In this document: positions 59,274 to 64,000 of the stretch, in pieces
Layout: each line of letters starts with the position of its first letter
Numbering within the stretch: the first letter of the stretch is position 1
Program-made: the position numbers and the translations under genes
Assembly (NCBI GenBank): GCA_965215505.1
Contig: OZ244065.1
Location: 1,536,001 to 1,600,000, forward strand
Source: Capsulimonadaceae bacterium
GTDB taxonomy: Bacteria; Armatimonadota; Armatimonadia; Armatimonadales; Capsulimonadaceae
Reading direction: 5' to 3'
DNA: 64,000 nt
Notes under the pieces: generated by a model
Told to the model about the DNA's origin: nothing
Databases searched by the model: none
The model's input: the letters and a program-made list of their open reading frames with translations, nothing else

Positions 59274-60422
59274 TCAGTGGCTTTGCATCAGCCGCCACAA
59301 TGCGGAGCCGGGCGCGATGCCGGTCACGGCTTCCAGGGCGGCGTCATCCCCCTCTTTCTGCCTTCGGGCCTGTAGCTCCTGCGCGCTCGGGTCATCGGGG
59401 GCATCGTAGTGGAACGCGGCTTGGATGACCTGTGCCAGCGCGTCCGGGGCGATGGAGTGTTTGAGGCAAAGGGCGGCAGCCCCGACGAGCCGGTCGTCGG
59501 GCCGGAGTTTGCGGAGCGGGTCGGCGGCGACGCGGGCGACGGTGTCGCCGAGGGCGCGGCAAGCGAAGCGGCGCAGGAGGTCGTCGGCGAAAGCCGTGAG
59601 GTCGGCCCGCGACAGCCCGTACTCGGCGATCAGGGCCGATACGGCTTCGGCCAGGGCGGCGCGGCAGACGGCGGAGACGGCCGGGTCGGCGGCGCACTGC
59701 CAGATGAACTCGTGGCCGCGCGCATGGCCCAGGTAGGCCAGGGCGGCGTGGCTCATGTTGTGGACGTAGAGCTTGCGCGCCTCATACGCTTCAAAGTCGG
59801 CGGCCAGAATCAGGCCGGGCAGGGCGGGCGGGTCCGAGCGGAGCATGGCCCGCGCGATGGGCAGTTCTTTGTACGGCTCGGCGACGACCAGCAGCGGGTC
59901 CTCGGCGCGCTGCTGGTCGGTGGCCATCGGGACCATGCGCCCGATGACGGTCTCGACCAGGCCGACCCGCGTGTCGAAATACGCCCGCGCCTCGGGGGCG
60001 ATGTGTGGGAGGAGCAGGCCGCGCACCGTGGCGGCGGCGTGCCACTGGTTCTCGCACAGCAGGATGTCAAGGGGGCCACTGTTGGCTGCCGCGCGGGCGT
60101 TGATGCCGGCGGCCAGGGCGGGCGCGACGCGGGGCAGGATGCTGACGCCGACGGCGACGCTGACGAGGTCCGCCCCGGTGACCGCCCGCGTGACTGCGTC
60201 GGCGTCCCGCCGGGCGTCCAAAGCGCGCAGGCGGCCCATAGACAAATCCCGCGTCCCGGCATCAGACACCAGGCGCAGCGGGTACGCACCGCGCGCGCTC
60301 AGGGCGTCCACCAGGGCCGTGTCGGTGTCCACGAACGTCGTATGGTAGCCGGCCTCGAACAGCAGTTGGCCGAGGAAGCCGCGCCCGATCTTGCCCGCAC
60401 CGAACTGGACGGCCTCTCTCAT
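59274..60422 (-). CDS. mtlD: Mannitol-1-phosphate 5-dehydrogenase-like protein
   Basis: QFGAGKIGRGF, LLCEN, IGRMVP, RKLYVHNMSHA, DPLRKL...DRL. Confidence 0.82.
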   Translation of the reverse strand: MREAVQFGAGKIGRGFLGQLLFEAGYHTTFVDTDTALVDALSARGAYPLRLVSDAGTRDLSMGRLRALDARRDADAVTRAVTGADLVSVAVGVSILPRVAPALAAGINARAAANSGPLDILLCENQWHAAATVRGLLLPHIAPEARAYFDTRVGLVETVIGRMVPMATDQQRAEDPLLVVAEPYKELPIARAMLRSDPPALPGLILAADFEAYEARKLYVHNMSHAALAYLGHARGHEFIWQCAADPAVSAVCRAALAEAVSALIAEYGLSRADLTAFADDLLRRFACRALGDTVARVAADPLRKLRPDDRLVGAAALCLKHSIAPDALAQVIQAAFHYDAPDDPSAQELQARRQKEGDDAALEAVTGIAPGSALWRLMQSH

Positions 60423-60433
60423 GGTGGTTTCCC

Positions 60434-60463
60434 TTGACATTCGGCCTACGCGCGGCCTATAAT
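60434..60463 (+). promoter_or_regulatory. Consensus sigma70 promoter, probably giving a leaderless mRNA
   Basis: TTGACA-N18-TATAAT, then 7 nt to ATG 60471. Confidence 0.75.
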
Positions 60464-60470
60464 GTCTGAA

Positions 60471-61238
60471 ATGTCCGTCTCCGTGATTATACCCGCCTTC
60501 AACGAGGCGGAACGCCTGCCGCTGACCCTGAGCGCGACCGTGGACTACTTCGCGGCCCGCCCCGAGCCGTTCGAGCTGCTTGTCGTGGATGACGGCAGCA
60601 CGGACGCCACGGCCCAGGTCGTCGAGGACTTCGCCCGGCAGCACCCCGCCTTCTCGATCCAGTGCCTCGGCTACGGCGGCAACCGGGGCAAGGGGTACGC
60701 GGTGCGCTATGGGATGCTGCGCGCGGGTGGCGACACGCGCCTGTTCTGCGACGCGGACCTTGCGACCCCCGCCGAGGAGTACGAGGTCGTGCGGGCGGCG
60801 ATGGAGCGGGACGGGACCCCCATCGGGATCGGCTCGCGCCCCCTGCGGGCCTCCAGCCTCCTGGTGCATCAGCCCTGGTATCGGGAGTGGCTGGGGCGCG
60901 GCTTCAACAAGGCCGTGCAGATTTTGGCCGTGCCGGGCATCGCCGACACGCAGTGCGGGTTCAAAGTGTTCACGGCGGAGGCCGCGACGGACGTCTTCTC
61001 GCGCTGCCGGCTGGACGGGTTCGCCTTCGACAGCGAGGCGCTTTACATCGCCCGGCGGCTCGGTTACGGCATCTCCGAGGTGCCGATCCGCTGGTCGCAC
61101 AAGGACGGCTCCAAGGTCAGCATGGTCCGCGACGGCCTGCGTATGCTCCGCGACCTGTCCCTCATCCGCTGGACACACCGCCGACTACAGAAAGAGACGA
61201 AGCCCCGGACCGCCCCCACCGCCCACCCCAAAGCATGA
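60471..61238 (+). CDS. GT2 polyprenyl-phosphate glycosyltransferase (DPG-synthase-like)
   Basis: IPAFNE, VDDGSTD, NRGKG, CDADL, DTQCGFK, FAFD. Confidence 0.9.
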   Translation: MSVSVIIPAFNEAERLPLTLSATVDYFAARPEPFELLVVDDGSTDATAQVVEDFARQHPAFSIQCLGYGGNRGKGYAVRYGMLRAGGDTRLFCDADLATPAEEYEVVRAAMERDGTPIGIGSRPLRASSLLVHQPWYREWLGRGFNKAVQILAVPGIADTQCGFKVFTAEAATDVFSRCRLDGFAFDSEALYIARRLGYGISEVPIRWSHKDGSKVSMVRDGLRMLRDLSLIRWTHRRLQKETKPRTAPTAHPKA

Positions 61239-62017
61239 AACACGAAGAATACGAGCGGATGTACCGCTTCGAGGACCGCTACTGGTGGTTCGTCGCCCGC
61301 CGCCACCTGATCACCAGCCTGCTCCGGTCGCACTACCCCCAGGACGGACGCTTGCAGATCCTGGACATCGGCTGCGGGACCGGCGCGATGCTGGACGAAT
61401 TGGCCCACTTCGGCCACGTCGTCGGCGCGGACTATGCGCCCGAGGCCTTGCAGTTCTGCATCACCCGCAATGTCGGCGCGGACCTCGCCCGCGCCGACGT
61501 CCGCCGGCTGCCCTTCGCGGACGCCTCGTTTGACGTGGTGACCGCCATGGACATCGTCGAACACATTGACGACGACAAGGCCGCCTCCTGCGAGGTCTTC
61601 CGCGTCCTGAAGCCCGGCGGCCGGCTGCTCGTGACCGTCCCCGCCTTCCCCTCCCTGTGGAGCGAACACGACGAGGCCCTGCACCACTTCCGCCGCTACA
61701 CCGCGCCGCACCTGCGGGACTTGTTCCAGCGCGTCGGACTGGCCGTGGACAAGGTCTCCTACACCGTCACCACCCTGTTCCCGCTGATCTGGGTGTTCCG
61801 CCAGGTCAGCAACCTGCTCCCCAAGCGGCGCGGCGAGGGCGAGAAGCAGGCGAACCTGATCAACTTCGCCGGCCCGGTCAACGCCGCCCTGCTGGCCCTC
61901 TCGCGCTGGGAGACGGGCCTCGTCGCCCGTCAGGACCTCCCCTTCGGCGTCACCGTCGTCTGCGTCGCCCGCAAGCCCGAGGGCGCGGCGGGCGGCGTCC
62001 GGAAGGCGCTGCCATGA
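61235..62017 (+). CDS. Class I SAM-dependent methyltransferase
   Basis: EDRYWWF, LDIGCGTG, LPFADASFD, WSEHD...HFRRY; ATGA overlap. Confidence 0.9.
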   Translation: MKHEEYERMYRFEDRYWWFVARRHLITSLLRSHYPQDGRLQILDIGCGTGAMLDELAHFGHVVGADYAPEALQFCITRNVGADLARADVRRLPFADASFDVVTAMDIVEHIDDDKAASCEVFRVLKPGGRLLVTVPAFPSLWSEHDEALHHFRRYTAPHLRDLFQRVGLAVDKVSYTVTTLFPLIWVFRQVSNLLPKRRGEGEKQANLINFAGPVNAALLALSRWETGLVARQDLPFGVTVVCVARKPEGAAGGVRKALP

Positions 62018-62892
62018 GCCGCCCGCCGCTGCCGGTCCTGGGCGCGCTGGCCGGGGCCTCCGCCCTGCTGGCCTACGCGGTCGGCGTCGAGCCGTACCTC
62101 ATCGAGACGGTCCATTTGGACCTCTACGCCCCGCGCCTGCCCGAAGCCTTCGAGGGCTATACCATCGTCCAGGTTTCGGACCTGCACATGAGTCAGATCG
62201 GCCGCCGCGAGCGCCTTCTGGAGCGCCTCGCCGCCGCCCTGCCGCCCGCCGACCTTCTGGCCTTCACCGGCGACATGATCCACACCTCGGCGGGGGCCGA
62301 GCCGTTCTTCCGGCTCGCCCGGTCCTTCCCCGCCCGCGACGGCGCGCATGCCATCTTCGGCAATTCGGAACACAAAAACGGCGTCCGCCCCTACGCCTTC
62401 TCCCGCGCCCTGGCCGAACACGACATCACGCCCCTCCTGAACCGCCACGTCGTCCTGGAGCGCGCCGGGGCGCGGATCGCTCTGGCCGGCGTGGACGACC
62501 CCGTGAACGACCTGGACCGCCTGGACGAAGCTTTGGCGGGCGTCCCCGATGACCTCTTCACCCTCCTGCTGATGCACTCCCCCGACGGCATCGCCGAGGC
62601 CGTCGTGCGCGGCGTGGACGTCGTGCTGGCCGGCCACACCCACGGCGGCCAGGTGCGCCTGCCCTACTTCGGCGCCCCCTACACCCACTCCCTGCTGGGC
62701 CGACGCATGAGCGACGGCTACTACAGCCGGGGCCGCCTGCGCCGCGCCATCGGCATCCGCCCCGGCCGCACCCAGCTCTACGTCACCCGCGGCATCGGCG
62801 TCAGCGGCCTGGCCCTGCGATTCCTGACCCGCCCCGAGTTGACCGTCCTCACCCTGCGGCGCGGCGCCCCGCACATGAAGCGCGTCTCCTGA
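62014..62892 (+). CDS. Metallophosphoesterase (YkuE-like)
   Basis: SDLH, TGD, GNSE, AGHTHGGQ; ATGA overlap. Confidence 0.88.
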   Translation: MSRPPLPVLGALAGASALLAYAVGVEPYLIETVHLDLYAPRLPEAFEGYTIVQVSDLHMSQIGRRERLLERLAAALPPADLLAFTGDMIHTSAGAEPFFRLARSFPARDGAHAIFGNSEHKNGVRPYAFSRALAEHDITPLLNRHVVLERAGARIALAGVDDPVNDLDRLDEALAGVPDDLFTLLLMHSPDGIAEAVVRGVDVVLAGHTHGGQVRLPYFGAPYTHSLLGRRMSDGYYSRGRLRRAIGIRPGRTQLYVTRGIGVSGLALRFLTRPELTVLTLRRGAPHMKRVS

Positions 62893-62938
62893 AAAGTGCC
62901 GAGCGAACCCTTTCGCCTCCGTTCCGCGTTAGGACCGC

Positions 62939-64000
62939 ATGAAGAAACGCTGGATCGCGTTAGCGTTCGTTGCTTTTGCGGTGGGTACAGGGCTGTATGC
63001 GGGCAGACGCCCGCCGGACCTTCCGCCACCGCTTACCATCCACAGCGGGGGCAGAGTGGCGGACCTGGCCCTATCGCCGGATGGACGGCTTCTGGCCGAC
63101 TCCGCCATCGTCTCGGGCCGGGTGATCCTCTACGACACGGCAACAGGGCAGCAGTCTTACGCCCTCCCCGTCCGCACGAGACTTCTGCTCTTCTCCCCGG
63201 ACGGCCGCCGCTTGCTGACCGAGAACACGTGCGCTGCGCCCACCAACCCGAACGGAAGCATACAGATTTGGGACACGGCGACGGGCGCGCAGCTCTCGCG
63301 GTTCGTCGCCCCGATGAGTAAGGCGAGTCAGGTCCGGGGCTGGGGGCCGGGCATCGCCGCGATTTCCCGCGACCTAAGCTGGACAGTCATGGACGATGGG
63401 GCAGGCGATACCGTCTACGACACGGCAACAGGGAACATCGTCAAGACTCTGCCCCTGCCGCCGGGGAGGTCCCAGGCCATGTTCTCGCCCGACCGGGGCC
63501 TGCTCGCGATCAGCAGCGGCACGGCGGAAAACCTCAAGGTCTGGGACACGAAGACGTGGCAGCCCGTCCGCGTACTGGGCGGTCCGATCTCCGGCGTCAC
63601 CGGCATCCACTTTTCGCCGGACGGGACGCGGCTGGTCGTGGGGAGTAAAGCCGGGCTGGCCTGGTTGGACACCCGCACTTGGAAGCCAGGGGGCAGGTTC
63701 GCCTTCCCGAATCCGTATGGCCTTACCGGCGACTACTTCCACTTCTCCTCCGATGGCCGCTCGCTGCTGGTGAGCGAGGTAGAGCCGGCTTCCGGGATGC
63801 ACCAGGTGGACTGCGGCACCAGCCATGAGACGCGCAGGGTGCCGAGACAGAAACTCCAGCACGTCAGCACGGTGGGAAACCGGGCCGAGGCCGAGGTCCT
63901 GCCGACGAGCTGGGGTTTCTTTTCTCTTGACAAGAGGAACACTTACTGCATCTGGGACACGACCAACGAAAAACCGCTCTACCAGATTGCAGTCCCGCTT
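62939..64000 (+). CDS. Exported WD40/beta-propeller protein (truncated by window edge)
   Basis: MKKRWIALAF signal; repeats of (L/F)SPDG...(W/Y)DT.TG. Confidence 0.75.
   Translation, partial: MKKRWIALAFVAFAVGTGLYAGRRPPDLPPPLTIHSGGRVADLALSPDGRLLADSAIVSGRVILYDTATGQQSYALPVRTRLLLFSPDGRRLLTENTCAAPTNPNGSIQIWDTATGAQLSRFVAPMSKASQVRGWGPGIAAISRDLSWTVMDDGAGDTVYDTATGNIVKTLPLPPGRSQAMFSPDRGLLAISSGTAENLKVWDTKTWQPVRVLGGPISGVTGIHFSPDGTRLVVGSKAGLAWLDTRTWKPGGRFAFPNPYGLTGDYFHFSSDGRSLLVSEVEPASGMHQVDCGTSHETRRVPRQKLQHVSTVGNRAEAEVLPTSWGFFSLDKRNTYCIWDTTNEKPLYQIAVPL

Overview
High-GC bacterial chromosome segment. The gene set (FlgH/FlgI plus FliW/CsrA, futalosine-pathway mqnC/mqnE, many TA-type islets) suggests a flagellated diderm such as an Armatimonadota member; this is inference only. 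The backbone carries a MoxR/transglutaminase locus, an ECF sigma/anti-sigma/DinB/NfeD operon, flhA-flhF behind a divergent P-II gene, mqnE-mqnC, rel, a flgF-G-A-H-I-J-N-K-L-fliW-csrA cluster, a TPP-riboswitch-led thiC...thiG-thiE-thiS-thiO-thiDE operon, an mtlD-like gene and a GT2/methyltransferase/phosphoesterase/WD40 run. Lower-GC islets carry TA-like or conflict genes (HEXXH peptidase plus a duplicated small partner, PD-(D/E)XK plus HTH, mazEF, HEPN fusion, DUF433, Uma2, an Rhs toxin remnant with a TPR gene). There is one IS1 with an 8-bp TSD and one IS3-family element. The most striking pattern occurs at three independent loci: cargo genes are followed by a diverged copy of the 3' end of the upstream housekeeping gene, so cassettes are stacked in tandem with no integrase nearby. 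Other highlights are a self-contained candidate sRNA, a REP doublet translated inside flgA, and several apparently leaderless genes.
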